Source: Mobula hypostoma (taxonomy: Eukaryota). From it: a stretch of 64,000 bases of DNA. A program made the position numbers and the translations under genes. Below the pieces are notes generated by a model. That model worked only from the letters and a program-made list of their open reading frames with translations. It searched no databases and had not been told where the DNA came from. The stretch is taken from the NCBI RefSeq assembly GCF_963921235.1, contig NC_086108.1, forward strand, positions 68,574,001 through 68,638,000, written 5' to 3'. This document shows positions 9,487 through 22,432 of the stretch, one piece after another (the first letter of the stretch is position 1; each line of letters starts with the position of its first letter).

Positions 9487-12400
9487 ACCATAAAACTATA
9501 AGATATAGGAGCAGAAATAACCTATTTGGCCCATCGAGTCTGCTCCACCATTTCATCATGGATAATCCAATTTTCTTCTCAGCCCCAATCTCCTGCTTTC
9601 TCCCTGTATCCCTTCATGCCATGACCAGTCAAGAATCTATCAACCTCTGCCTTAAATATACATAAAGACATGGCCTCCACAGCTGCTTGTGGCAAAGTTT
9701 TTACGTAGATTAATCATTCTCTGGCTAAAGAAATTCTTCCTCACCTCCATTTTAAAAGGGCACCCCTCTAGTTTGAGGCTGTGTCCTCTGGTCTTAGACT
9801 CTCCCACCATAAGAAACATCCTTTCCATATCCACTCTATCAAGGCCTTTCACCATTCGATAGGTTTCAATGAGGTCACCCCTCATTCTTCTGAATTCTAG
9901 TGAATACAGGCTCAGAGCCATCAAACACACTTTATATGACAAGACATTCAATCCAGGAATAATTTTCATGAATCTCCTTTGAATCCTCTCCAGTTTCAGC
10001 ACATCCTTTCTAAGGTAAGGAGCCCAAACATATTCACAATACTCCAAGTGAGGCCCCACCAGTGCTGTAAAAAGTTTCAATGTTACATCCTTGCTTTTAT
10101 ATACTAGTCCTCGTGAAATGAATGCTAACATCGCATTCGCCTTCCTCACCACAGACTCAACCTGCAAATTAACCTTTATGGAATCCTGCACAAGGACTCC
10201 CAAATCCCTCTGCACCCTCTGTTTTTTGTATTTTCTCTCCATTTAGAAAATAGTCAACCTTTTCATTTCTTCTACCCGAAGTGCATGACCACACTCTTTC
10301 CAACGGTGAATGCCATCTGTCATTTCTTTGCCCATTTTCCTAATCTAAGTCCCTCTGTAGCCCCTCCACTTCCTCAAAGCTACCTGCTCCTCCACCCACC
10401 CTTCATACTGTCTGCAAACAAAGCCATCAATTCCATCATCCATATCAGTGACATGTAATGCAAAAAAGAATCAGTCCCAACGCAGACCCCAGTGGGACAC
10501 ACTAGTCACCGGCAGCCAGTTAGAAAAGGCTCTCTTTATTCCCACTCTTTACCTCCTACTAATCAGCCACTGCTTTATCCATGCCAGAACCTTTCCTGTA
10601 ATACCATGGGATCATAGCTTGTTAAGCAGCCTCACGTGTGGCACCTTGTCAAAGGTCTTCTGAAAATCCAAGCACACAACAACAACCAATTCACCCTTGT
10701 CTATCCTGCTCTTCATTTCTTCAAAGAATTCCAATAGATTTGTCAGGCAAGACTTTCCCTGCAGAAACCTGGATTGGAAAGCATTCCTTACGAGAATAGG
10801 TTGAATGAACTTGGCCTTTTCTCCTTGGAATGACGGAGGATGAGAGGTGACCTGATAGGGGTATACAAGATGATGAGAGGCATCAATTGTGTGGATAGCC
10901 AGAGGCCTTTTCCCAGGGCTGAAATGGCTCACATGAGGAGGCATAGTTTTAAGGTGCTTGGAAGTAGCTACAAAGGGGATGTCAGAGGTAAGTTTTTCAC
11001 ACAGAGAGTGGTAGGTGCGTGGAATGCACCGCCAGTGATAGTGGTAGAGGCGGATACAATAGGATCTTTTAAAATTCTTTTAGATAGGTACATGGAGCTT
11101 AGAAAAATATAGGGTTATGCGGTAGGGAAATTCTAGACAGCTTCTAGAGTGGGTTACATGGTCAGCACAATGTTGTGGACCGAAGGGCCTGTAACGTGCT
11201 GTAAATTTTCTATGTTCTATGAAAACATGCTGACTATGGCCTATTTTATAATGCGCCTCCTAGTACACTGAGACATCATCCTTAACAACCAACTCCAACA
11301 TCTTCTCAACCACTGAGGTCAGACTAACTGGCCTATAGTTTCCTTTCTTTTGCCTCCCTCCCTTCTTGAAGAGCGGAGTGACATTTGCAATTTTCCAAAA
11401 ACATTATAGAATCTCATGATTCTTGAAATGTCATTAATAATGCCTTCATGATCTCTTCAGCCACCTCTTTCAGAACTCTGGGGTGTACACCATCTGGTCT
11501 AGGTGATGTATCTACCTTCAGACCTTTCAGTTTCTCAAGAACCTTCTCTCTAGCAATGGTAACTTCACACACCTCAGGCTCCCTGACACCTGGAATTTCC
11601 ACCATTCTACTAGTGTCCTCCACAGTGCAAAATACTTACTCAGTTCAACTGCCATTTCCTTGTCCCCCATTATCACCTCTCCAGCAGCATTTTCCAATGG
11701 TCCGTTATCCACTCTCGCCTCTCTTTTACACTTTATGTATCTGAAGAAACTTTTGGTATCCTCTTTAATGTTATTGGCTAACTTATTTTTATGTTCCATC
11801 TTTACCTTCTTAATGACTTTTTAGTCCCTGTGTTGGAAAGTTTCCCAAGCCTCTAAGTTCCCACTAATTTTTGTTCTATTATATGCCCTCTCTTTGGCTT
11901 TTATGTTAGGTTTGACTTCTATTGTTAGCCACGGTTGTTTCACCTTTCCTTTGAAATACTCCTTTCTCTTTGGGATGTATATATCCTGTGCCTTCCAAAT
12001 TGATTCCAGAAATTCCCGCCATTACTGCCCTGCCGTCGTGCCTGCCAGTGTTCTTTTCCAATCAATTCTGGCCAACTCCTCTCTCATGCTTCTGTAATTC
12101 CCTTTACTCCACTATAATACTGATGCACATGATTGACGCTTCTCCTTTTTACATTTCAGGGTGTAATTCTATCATATTATGATCACCTGCTCCTCAGGTT
12201 TCTTTTACCTTAAGCTCTCTAATCAATTCTGGTTCATCGCACACTACACAATCCAGAGTAGCTGATCATCTTGTGGGCTCAACAACGAGCTGCTCTAAAA
12301 AACTATCTCGTAGGCATTCTAGAAGTTCCCCTTCCTGGAATCCAGCACCAACCTGATTTTCCCAATGTACCTGCATATTGAAGTCCCCCATGACTTTTGT

Positions 12401-13187
12401 AATATTGCCCTTCTGGTATGCATTTTCTATCTCCCATTGTAATTTGTAGACCACGTCCTTTCTACTGTTTGGAGGTCTGTTCCAACTCCCATCAGGGTCT
12501 TTTTCACCCTTACAGTTCCTTAGCCCTATCCACAGTGATTAAATACCTTCTGACCCTATGTCACCTCTTTCTAATGATTTGATTTCATTTTTTACCAACA
12601 GAACAATGCCTCTCCCTCTGCCTTCCTGTCTATCCTTTTGATACAGTATGTATTGGACATTAAGCTCCCAGCTATAATCTTTCAGCCATGATTCAGTGAT
12701 GCCTACAACATCATACCTGCCAATCTGCAAATGTGCTGCAGGTTCATCTACATTATTCCATACACAGCACACATTCAGATAAAACACCTTCGGTCCTGTA
12801 TTCGCCTTTTTCGATGTTGTCCGTCTTTTATTTTGCAACTCATCTTGCTGACTGCAATTTTGCCCAATCAACAGGTTCTCCTCACTACACATTGCCTCTG
12901 TTTGTAAACCAGCTACCTCATCTTCAGCATTATTATCTGCCTCTCCTACGATACTTCTTTAATCAAAATATACTGTAAGCAGCTTAGGACACTAGTCTCA
13001 ACCTTTTGATTCCTAGCCATGTCTGAGGTCTTACCAACATCTGCCCCCACAACCATTCCACCAACTGTTCTGGCACTCTGATTCCCATCCCCTGCAATTT
13101 TAGTTTGAACCCCACCATGTAGCATTAACAAATCTCCCACAAGGATATTAATTCCCCTCCAGTTCAGGTGCAAGCCGTTCCTTCTGA
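9487..13187 (-). mobile_element. CR1 LINE, 5'-truncated in ORF1, decayed; contains a nested CR1 fragment
   Basis: Minus ORFs 9652..10242 (RT C-terminus), 10612..10944 (CLDFQKTFDKVPH), 12266..12454 (MGDFN), 12539..12892 (GITESW) and 12946..13248 (GLHLNWRG of the esterase). Tail ACCATAA/TATAAG at 9487. Confidence 0.9.
10769..11220 (+). mobile_element. Nested CR1 3' fragment (antisense to host CR1)
   Basis: MRGDLIGVYKMMRG...FFTQRVVGAWN with a TTCTATGTTCTAT tail; the host CR1 resumes at GAAAACATGCTGAC. Confidence 0.88.
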
Positions 13188-13399
13188 GTGAAGCCTCTCT
13201 TCGCAGACGACTCGAAAGCCTTAAGATCAGCACTCTGACTATGCCCACTCAGGTGATGGCCCTGCCTTCCTTTAATTTGCTCATACTCATCAATCCCCAA
13301 CTCCGATTGACTGGCGGTCAAATTTCCATTATGCTAATAGAATCAGTGAAAGACAGCACTAACTTGTGTGCTCAACCTGTATAAACAAGTCAACAAACT

Positions 13400-13830
13400 G
13401 TGCCCTATCCACTTCTTTTTGTAAGGCATTGGTTCAAGAGCATTGGTGTTCCCATACCAGGCAGTGATGCAGCCAGGCAATAACCTCTCCACTACACATC
13501 TGCAGAAGTCTGTCAAAGTGTTAATTGTCATGCTGTCGCAAACTCCTGAGGAAGTAGAGGTACTGCCATGCTTCCTTTGTAATTGCACTTACATACTGAG
13601 CTCAAGGCAGATCCTCTGAAACGATAAGAATGAGGAACTTAAAGTTGCTGACCCTCTCCACCTCTGACCCCCTGATGAGGACTGGCTCATGGACCTCCGG
13701 CTTCCTCCTCCTGAGGTCAATAACCAGCTCCTTGGTCTTGCTGACACTGAGTGAGAGGTTGTAATTGTGACACCACTCAGCCAGATTTTCAATCTCCTTC
13801 CCATAAACTGATTCATCCCCCCCTTTGATT
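13400..13830 (-). mobile_element. Rex1/Babar-type LINE RT C-terminal fragment
   Basis: Minus strand encodes WCHNYNLSLSVSKTKELVIDLRR and LPGCITAWYGN. Confidence 0.75.
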
Positions 13831-15700
13831 CAGCCTTTGCTTTCAGTTGTTGATATTGTATCGCTGGGTGAATATCAGATGCCATTAATTCTCTGCATTT
13901 ATTGCAGCATCTCATTCAATACAAGAAACAAATTCAAGTATGGTTTCAGGTGTTTTAAAGAGAAAATAAATTAATGTGAATTGATTTGTAAATCTATTTT
14001 CAGATGAAGCAAAGTGAATATTATCAAGTAACTTAAACCAGCAATAAGTGCACCTGCTTTAGTATTCACTGTATGGAATATACTGACTAATACTCTTAAA
14101 CAGATACATTACAGACATCATGAGAAAGTTGGTTTTTTTAAACATACTTAGGACATAGCAATAGATAACATTAATGCATTTCCAGGTTACTGGAACTCAC
14201 TTAATCCTACTAATGTGACTTGATCCTCCTTCTGTCCCCGTCTCAATGATCCTCCACATCTTGAAGACTGGAATTTAACAACATTGAGTACCAGAGGCAT
14301 GGGTAAAATTGGAAGTGGGGGAGGTAGGAAGAAGGTGGCAGAATTAATCAATGCAATTAAGTTAGCTTTGAAGGCAGGATCAATTGTTTACGTTAAGGAC
14401 CATCACAATGCTTCAGATATAGTACAGGACATTGCACAGTAGAAACAAGACAGGGAAGCAATAAGCTACAGAAACCATAAAGGAAATGTTCAATTTCTAT
14501 CGTGTACAGCAGTAGGTAAAGGAAAATATGTTAAAGAAGTCTTGATATGCGGAAAAAAGAAAATTCTTCATCAGTATGATTCTCAAGGACAAAGGAACCA
14601 GTACGGAAATAACCAGAGGCAAGTGGAGCATATTTCCAAAGAAAAGCATTAATAAAGGTGAACTGGTAAATCTCACTTTTAGAATTAGAAAAGTAATTAC
14701 ATGGTGGAGGGAATTGAAAAGATATCTGGAAGTGTAATGAAAACTGAACTATACAACTAAAACATGTAACCTGCGCCATCAGAGAAGACAAGGCCAATGG
14801 GTGCATGTTCGCTTCCAACGCAGTTTATCATAACCTTCCTTCTGCCCTGGAACTCCTTTTCCACACACATTGAAAGTACTTAACCAGTGATTCAAGAAAA
14901 TACCTTATTGCAGCTTAGGGATGGGATGAGAATTTAAGCTGTAGAAGCAGGAGTACATTATTCATCTTGCTTGCTTTGCTATTCATAAAGATCAGTGCCA
15001 CCTTCTGCACTGACCCCAAATCCCTTGAATTCCTGAATATATAAAATTTCATTGACCTCAGTCTTGAGCTTCCACAGCCCTCCTCCGTAGAGAATTCCAA
15101 ACATTGAGAACCTGCTGGGCGGATATTTCTTCTCATCTGTCCTGAACAGATAACTGTTATTTTGAGAGTCTAATCCCTGGTTCTAGATACCTCAGCCATG
15201 GGAAACATTAACTCCATATCCAACCTGTCAAGCAATAAATGGTGGGCTCACCATTAATCCACAAATGAACACGAAGTTGTAAAACCTGCCCTGCCAATAC
15301 AGATAGCTACATCAATCAATGATATTTGTTGCAGCTTTTATCCGAAAATCACAAAGTAGAAAATAAAATTACACAGTCTGAACAGCACAGTACACACAAT
15401 TTTTAAAGGATTGAAGGAAGCTGATGACACTACTTTTGTTAGACGAATCACAAGTGGTGATGCGCCAGCTTATCAGAGTGTGATACAGCTCCTGGTTGAG
15501 TGGTGCACGGTATTTAAATATTCAATGATATTCAGTGATCAGTCTTGGCAATTTGAACACATCCTCACTGCTCCCTCTGCTGGCTGGTGCCCTGACTTTT
15601 TTTTAAAAATGGGTACATTAATAACAGAGCTTCCAGCTGAACTAACATCCTAAATCTATCGATTCCCACAATTACTCCAAAGGGAGAAATCACTACTTTC

Positions 15701-17843
15701 TTTCTTTCTTTTTAAATCTTTTTATTAAATAAGTATACAAAAAGGTAAGCCATATAGGCACTAATACACTGTTAGAATATAATAAAATTACAGAAGATAT
15801 TAATACAAAAAAAAACTACAAACAATGTAATTTAAACATAACGTACCAAGGTAACATAATAGTATACTAATTTTTATATATATATCAATAGAGAAAGGAA
15901 AAAAAAACCCCAAAAAAAACCCACCGTGCAACTAACTAAAAGCAAAGCAAAGCAATGGGCTAACTTGAAACCAAACAGAGTTAAAAAAACTTAAAATCAC
16001 GTCCTCAATCCCGACCTCCATTAAAAACAGTAAAAAAAACAACAAGGGTATATATTACATTAAATGAAAATATTGAATAAAAGATCTCCAGGTCTGTTCA
16101 AATTTAAATGAGGAGTCATAAAGATTGCTTCTAATTTTCTCCAAATTCAAGCATAATATCATCTGAGAAAACCAAAAAAAGGTAGATGGAGCATTGAGCT
16201 CTTTCCAATGTTGTAAGATACATCTTTTCGCCATTAAAGTAAGAAATACAATCATTCTACGGGCTGAAGGGGAGAGATTACTAGAAATTTTAGGTAGTCC
16301 AAAGATAGCAGTAATAGGGTGAGGAGAGATATCTATATTCAATACCTTGGAGATAATATTAAAAATGTCTCTCCAAAAAGTTTCCAGAGTAGGGCAAGAC
16401 CAAAACATATGAGTTAAAGAGGCTAGCTGCCCCGGACATCTATCACAAAAAGGATTAATATGAGAATAAAAGCGCGCTAATTTATCTTTGGACATATGTG
16501 CTCTATGAACAACTTTAAATTGAATCAGGGAATGTTTAGCACAGATAGAGGAAGTATTGACTAATTGTAAAATCTGCCCCCAGTCATCGACAGAAATGAT
16601 AAACCTTAATTCCTGTTCCTAATCTACCCTAATCTTATCAAATGGAGCTTTCCTAAGTTTCATAATAATATTATAAATCATAGCCGATGCACCTTTCTGA
16701 CATGGATTAAGGTTAATTATAGTATCTAAAATGTATGTAGGAGGAAGCATTGGAAAGGAAGAAAGTATAGTACTTAGGAAATTTCTAACTTGTAGATATC
16801 TAAAAAAATGTATTCTTGATAAGTTATATTTATTAGATAATTGTTCAAAAGACATAAGGGAACCATCTAAAAATAAATCCAAAAACCATGAAATACCCGT
16901 AGTCTTCCAAATTTGAAAAGCATGATCCGTAAAAGAGGGAGGAAAAAATATGTTACCTAAAATAGGAATCGCTAACCCAAATTGATTAAGATAAAAAAAC
17001 TTTCTGAATTGAAACCAAATACGTAAGGTGTATTTAACTATCGGGTTAGACACCTGTTTAAGGCGTTTCAAATCAAAAGGAAGAGAGGAACCCAAAATAG
17101 AGCCAAGTGTATAACCCTGAACAGATTGTAATTCCAATGCTACCCATTTAGAAATGGATAGTATATCCTGGTCAAGTAACCAGAATTTCATATGTCGAAT
17201 ACTAATTGCCCAATAATAAAATCTAAAATTAGGTAATGCTAAGCCTCCATCTCTCTTAGCTTTCTGTAAATGTATTTTACCCAGTCCCGGGTTTTTATTT
17301 TGCCAAATAAATGAAGAAATTTTAGAGTCGACTTTGTCAAAAAAAGATTTTGGAACAAAATTGGTAATGCTTGAAATATATATAAAAATTTTGGCAAAAA
17401 AAACATCTTAACTGCATTAATACGACCAATCAAAGTTAAATATAAAGGAAACCATTTAGATGAAAGTTGAATAATATGGTCTATTAATGGTAAAAAGTTA
17501 ATCTTAAATAAATCTTTGTATTTACAAGTAATTTTAATCCCAAGATATGAAAAATAATTATTAATCAATTTAAATGGAAAGTTATGATATAAGGGAAGTT
17601 GTTTATTAATCGGGAAAGGTTCACTCTTACTAAGATTTAATTTATAACCAGAAAAGAGACTAAATTGTGCTAATAACTCTAAAACAGCCGGGATGGATTT
17701 TTGGGGGTTAGAAATATATAAAAGTAAGTCATCAGCATAGAGTGATATTTTATGGGACTTTAAGCCCCGAGTTATCCCAGTAATATTTGGAGATTCTCGA
17801 ATGGCAATTGCAAGAGGTTCTAATGCAATATCAAATAATAAAG
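15701..17843 (-). mobile_element. L1-clade LINE, 5'-truncated (RT core to 3'UTR)
   Basis: 15-bp TSD GAAATCACTACTTTC (15686-15700 / 17844-17858). LYADD at ~17728-17742, FSYLGI, and C-terminal CDRC...HMFWSC zinc knuckle. AATAAAAAG followed by a (GAAA)n tail. Confidence 0.93.
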
Positions 17844-18259
17844 GAAATCACTACTTTCAATAATTTGAAATTGAAACAATATTGTGCAGGGTCATAAAGG
17901 AGTTTCTACAACTGATTTAAGCATCTTTTAAAATTTATTAATGTGACTTGGGTATTAGGAGCAAGCATAAGCTCCATGTATGAATTGTAATTTACCAGGC
18001 CATACTAGAATAATGTCCAGGAGTACCTGTCCAGAGAAGAACTGCTTTATTGTCTGATGAGCTGTACGTGGGCCTAGAGTCATCAGCGAATGTCCCATTT
18101 CTGATCTTCAGATGAAAGGAAGGGTACCGATGAAGCAGCTAAAGATGGCTGGCCAATGAAACTGACCTCGAGAACTCCTGCTCCGTTGAAGGAGGAGGAA
18201 TGAGGTAGGAAAAGAAAGGAGGCGGGAAGGCATCAGAAGGAAGGAGTATGGGGAAGAAG

Positions 18260-18417
18260 GCTGGCATGTGATGTAGCTGGTAGAGCTGCTTCCTATAATC
18301 TCCACAGGCCCAGACTCAATCAGGACCTCTGGTGTTGTTTGTGTGGAGATTACACACTCTCCCTGTAACTGCATGGATTTCCTCTGGTTACTCCAATTTC
18401 CCACCAGATCCAAAAGC
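18260..18417 (+). mobile_element. Degenerate tRNA-derived V-SINE/HE1-like SINE (5' part)
   Basis: A-box-like TAGCTGGTAGAGC and V-domain-like TGTGTGGAG..T.CAC..TCTCCCTGT.ACTGC.TGG.TTTCCTC.GG.T.CTCC..TTTCC. Confidence 0.6.
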
Positions 18418-18427
18418 AGATTGTTTC

Positions 18428-19200
18428 AACCATAAGACATGGGAGCAGAATTAGTCCATTCAGCCCATTAAGTCTGTTCGGCCATTTGATCATGGCTGAT
18501 TTATTTCCAGCTCAACTCCAGTCTCCTGGCTTCACCAATGACCTTTGACACGCTTACTAATCAAGACCTATCAACCTCTGCTCTAAAGGTACCCAATGAC
18601 TTGGCCTCCACAACCATCTATGGAAATAAATTCCACAGATTCACTATCTAAAGAAATTCCAACTCATCTCTGTTCTAAACCTCATCCAGTTCTAGGTGTT
18701 CCACAGCTCAGAGTTCTATTCTGGTGCCATCTGTAAGGAATTTGTACGTTTTCCCTGTGACCATGCCGGTTTCTTCCGGGTGCTCCAATTGCTTCCCACA
18801 ATCCAAGGAGATACCAATTAGCAGGTTAATTGTTCATTGTAAATTGTCCTGCAATTAGACTAGTGTTAAATGGGTGGGTTGCTGGGCGGTGTGACTTGTT
18901 GGGCTGAAAATGCCTGTTCTGAACTGCTTTTATAAAGAAGTAAAAATAAATAAAGGGCTATCCTGCTGTTCTGAGGCTGTGCCCTCTGGTTGTGGAATTT
19001 GTACTATTGAAAACACTCTCTCCACATCCACTCTGTCCTAAGCCTTTCAAGATAAGTTTCAATGAGATCCCCCCTCATTATTCTAAACTCCAGAGAGGAC
19101 AGGATAAGAGGTATCAACACTTCTCATATGTTAACCCTTTGATTCCTGGGAGCACTCTTGTGAACCTCCGCTGGACCCTCTCCAATGCCAACCCTTCCTT
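18428..19200 (-). mobile_element. CR1 3' end fragment, interrupted by a SINE
   Basis: ACCATAAGACATGGGAGCAGAATTAG tail, as at 9487 and 38806; continues after 18953. Confidence 0.75.
18690..18953 (+). mobile_element. V-SINE/HE1-like SINE
   Basis: TGTAAGGAATTTGTACGTTTTCCCTGTGACCATG..GGTTTCTTCCGGGTGCTCC core, GGTTAATTG.TCATTGTAAATTGTCC, CR1-like tail and (AAAT)n end. Confidence 0.72.
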
Positions 19201-19249
19201 TCACTCTCATGCAGAGGTAAGTGGCAGAATATTATTTAATTATTTACAA

Positions 19250-19435
19250 TTGATCAATTAACCTACTACCAGTATATGTTTGCATTGTGTGAGGAAACTG
19301 GAGCACCCAGAGAAAGCCCACGCATTCAACGTGGAGGACGTACAAACTCCTTACAGAGGACTCCGGGATTGAACTCCAAACTCCAACGCTCCAAGCTGTA
19401 ATAGTGTCACACTACCGCAATGCTACTGTGACACT
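19250..19435 (-). mobile_element. V-SINE/HE1-like SINE
   Basis: Reverse complement has GGAGTTCAATCCC (B-box-like) and the TGTAAGGAGTTTGTACGT core. Confidence 0.7.
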
Positions 19436-20073
19436 CCGAGGAAAATTGATGGAACTATAGAGAGAGTAAGTTTCACAGAAAACTAGTTGGGGAATAGGAT
19501 TGTCTACTGAACACGCATTGAAATGATAGGCCAAATAGACTCCTTCTACATCATTAATACTAAAATACAAATAAACTATATGGAGGATAGACAGAGGAGG
19601 AGAAAGAAAATCAGGAGGAGAAAATATGAATGTTTTTTTCACAGAAATAATTGGAGAACTATTTGAAGTGTAGATGGACACAACACAGGGTACTGACGAT
19701 GAGTTAAATAATCTTCAGCTCTACAAGTTGGTATTCTAGGATAAATGAAATAAGAAAAATCAATTAAAGAATGAAAGAGCACAAACAGGTCAGGCAGAAG
19801 TCAAGATGAAGGGTGAATAGGAAATCAAGAAGAAAATTAAATAAATAGGTGAGACTCTGGTTAGAGAACAGGAAAGAACAAAACCGTTACAATGCATGAT
19901 TCAGTAAGTTGGCAGTAATAGTCTGAATCAGGATTTTTAAAGTAAATAACAAATTAGCTTGTTAAAATACTTCCAGTTTAGTGACAAGGTTTTCTGTTCT
20001 CTTCTTTTTGATCGATGAATGGTTGCCCCAGTAAGGGAGGGCTGATCTTCAGAAAGCCTTGCTGGTATATTAC

Positions 20074-20815
20074 AGAATCAGAATCAGATTTAGTATCACC
20101 AGCATATGTCATGAAATTTGTTAACTTTACAGCAGCAGTACAATGAAATACATGATAAATAAATATACAGAAGAAAACTGAGTTACATTAAGTATATATG
20201 TCTATTAAATAGTTAATTTAAAAAAGTAGTGCCAAAAAACAGAAATAATAAAAGTAGTGAGGCAGTGTTCACGGGTTCAATGTCCATTTAGGAATCAGAT
20301 GGCAGAGGGGAAGAAGCTGTTCCTGAATCTCTGAGTGTGTGCCTTCAGGCTTCTGTACCTCCTCCCCGCAGATAACAGTGAGAAGAGGGTGGTGGGGATC
20401 CTTAAAGATGGATGCTTCCTTCTAAGGTACCACTCCTTGAAGATGTCTTGGGTGCTACAGAGGCTAGTACCCATGATGGAGCTGACTAATTTTACAAGTT
20501 TCTGCAACTTATTTCGATCCTATGCAGTAGTCCCCCATACCAGACGATGATGCAACCAGTCAGAATGCTCTCCATGGTACATTTGTAGAAGTTTTCTAAT
20601 GTTTTAGTTGACAAACCAAATCTCCTCAAACTCCTAATGAAATATTGCCACTGTCCTGTTTTCTTTATAGCTTATTACTATGTTGTGTCCAGACTAAGTC
20701 CTCAGAGATATTGACACCCAGGAGCTTGAAATTGCTCGTTCTCGCTTCTTCTGCTCCCTCTATGAAGATTGGTTTGTGCTCCCTTGTCTTACCCTTCCTG
20801 AAGTCCACAATCAGC
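20074..20815 (-). mobile_element. Rex1/Babar-type LINE 3' fragment
   Basis: (ATTCTG)n tail; ORF 20295..20507 SAGRRYRSLKAHTQRFRNSFFPSAI; IVDFRK...FKLLGVNISEDLVW. Confidence 0.82.
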
Positions 20816-22160
20816 AGGGGACGGGGATTGGAATTAAAGTGGTTGGCCACCAAGAAATCCTGCTTCTTGCAGATGGGGTGAAGGTGCTTGACAAAGAGGT
20901 CCCCCAATCCTTGCCAAATCTCACCAATGTAGAGGTGTCCACAATGGGAGCACCAGATACAGTAGATAACCCCAACAGACTCAGAGGTGAAATGTTGCCT
21001 CACCTAGAATGATTGGTTAGGGCCATAAGTGGAGGCAAATGGGCAGGTATAGCATTTCTTCTGATTACAGGGATAAGTACTAGGAGGAAGATTAGTGGGG
21101 AGGGATGAATGGACAAGGGAATCACCGAGAGCTATCCCTGGGGAAAGTGGAGAGTGGCGGGGGGGGGGAGGTAAAGGTGATCGGATCCTGGTGAAGATGC
21201 CAGAAGTTGCGGAAAAAGATGCACTGGATACAGAGGCTCATGGGCGGTACCCAAGGACAAGAGGAACTCTATTCCCGTCAAAATGGCGGGACGACAGGGT
21301 GAGGGCGATTATCTGAGAATTGGAGGAGATGCAGCGAGGGGCAGCCTCAGTGGTGGAGGAAAGGAACTCCCATTCTTTGAAGAACGAGGACATCACTAAT
21401 GTTCTAGAAAGGAAAGCCTCATACTGGGAGCAGATGTAGCGGAGACGGAGAATCTGAGAAATGGAATAGCACTTTTACAAGTGACAGGGTGGAAAGAAGT
21501 ATAGTCAGAGAGTCAGTAGTTTTATAAAAGATATCAGTAGACAGTTTGTCTCTAAAGATGGAAACATCAAGATCAAGAAAGAGGAGGGAGATGTCAGAAA
21601 TGGACCAAGTGAGCTTAAGGGTAGTGTGTAAGTTGGAGGCAAAATTGATGAACTTGACAAGCTCAGCATGGATGCATGAAGCAACACCAATGCTGTTGCC
21701 AATGTAGCACAGAAAGAGGTTAGGAGTGTTACCAAGCGAAGGCTTAGAATATGGACTGTTCTACATGGTCAACAAAAAGTCAGGCATAGCTGCGGCCTCT
21801 TGCTACCCCTTGGGTTTAGAGAAAATGGGAGAAATCAACATCATCTGATCTGTTTACAAGAAGACCTCTATAAATATTGCAATAAAAATTTTAAAGTGAA
21901 AAAAAAAGAGAAATTGTTCAGTGTGAGGACCAGTTCCGCCAGATAGAGGAGAGAGGTGGTAGAGTGGAATTGTCTGGATCTGTGATTGAAAAAGAAAGTG
22001 GAGAGTTTTAAGGCCTTCTTGATAGGGGATAGACGTGTATAGGGACTGGACACCCATAGTGAAAATGAGCTGATCAAGGCCAGGGAACTGAAAGCTGTTT
22101 AAGAGATTGAAAGCACGTGAAGCGTCATGGATGTTGGTGGGAAGGGACTGAACCAAGGAG
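20816..22160 (-). mobile_element. Penelope-like element fragment (RT + GIY-YIG), decayed
   Basis: VGVIYCIWCSHCGHLYIGE; FTMGVQSLYTSIP. Confidence 0.85.
21836..21907 (+). mobile_element. 72-bp polyadenylated retroposed tail (probably an L1 3' end) inside Penelope
   Basis: AATAAA plus A-tail, flanked by GAGAAAT (21829-21835 / 21908-21914). Confidence 0.55.
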
Positions 22161-22184
22161 GATAAAATGGTATTTTAACCCCAG

Positions 22185-22432
22185 AATGATCCCTAGCAAT
22201 CACCAAACCAGTTTTACATCCAATTAGCCAGTCCATATTGGATCCAATGTGCCTTAACCTTCTGGAGCAGCCTACCATACAGGACTTTGTCAAATGCCTT
22301 ACTGAAGTCTACGTAGATAATGTCTACTACCCTCCTTTCATCATTCTTCTTACTTACCTTCTCAACAAACTCATATCAAGTTACTGAGGTAGGATTTTGC
22401 CCACACAAAGTCATGCTGACTATCCCTGATCA
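22185..22432 (-). mobile_element. Old CR1 RT fragment
   Basis: Reverse complement encodes VYVDFSKAFDKV and a QHDFV-like segment. Confidence 0.7.
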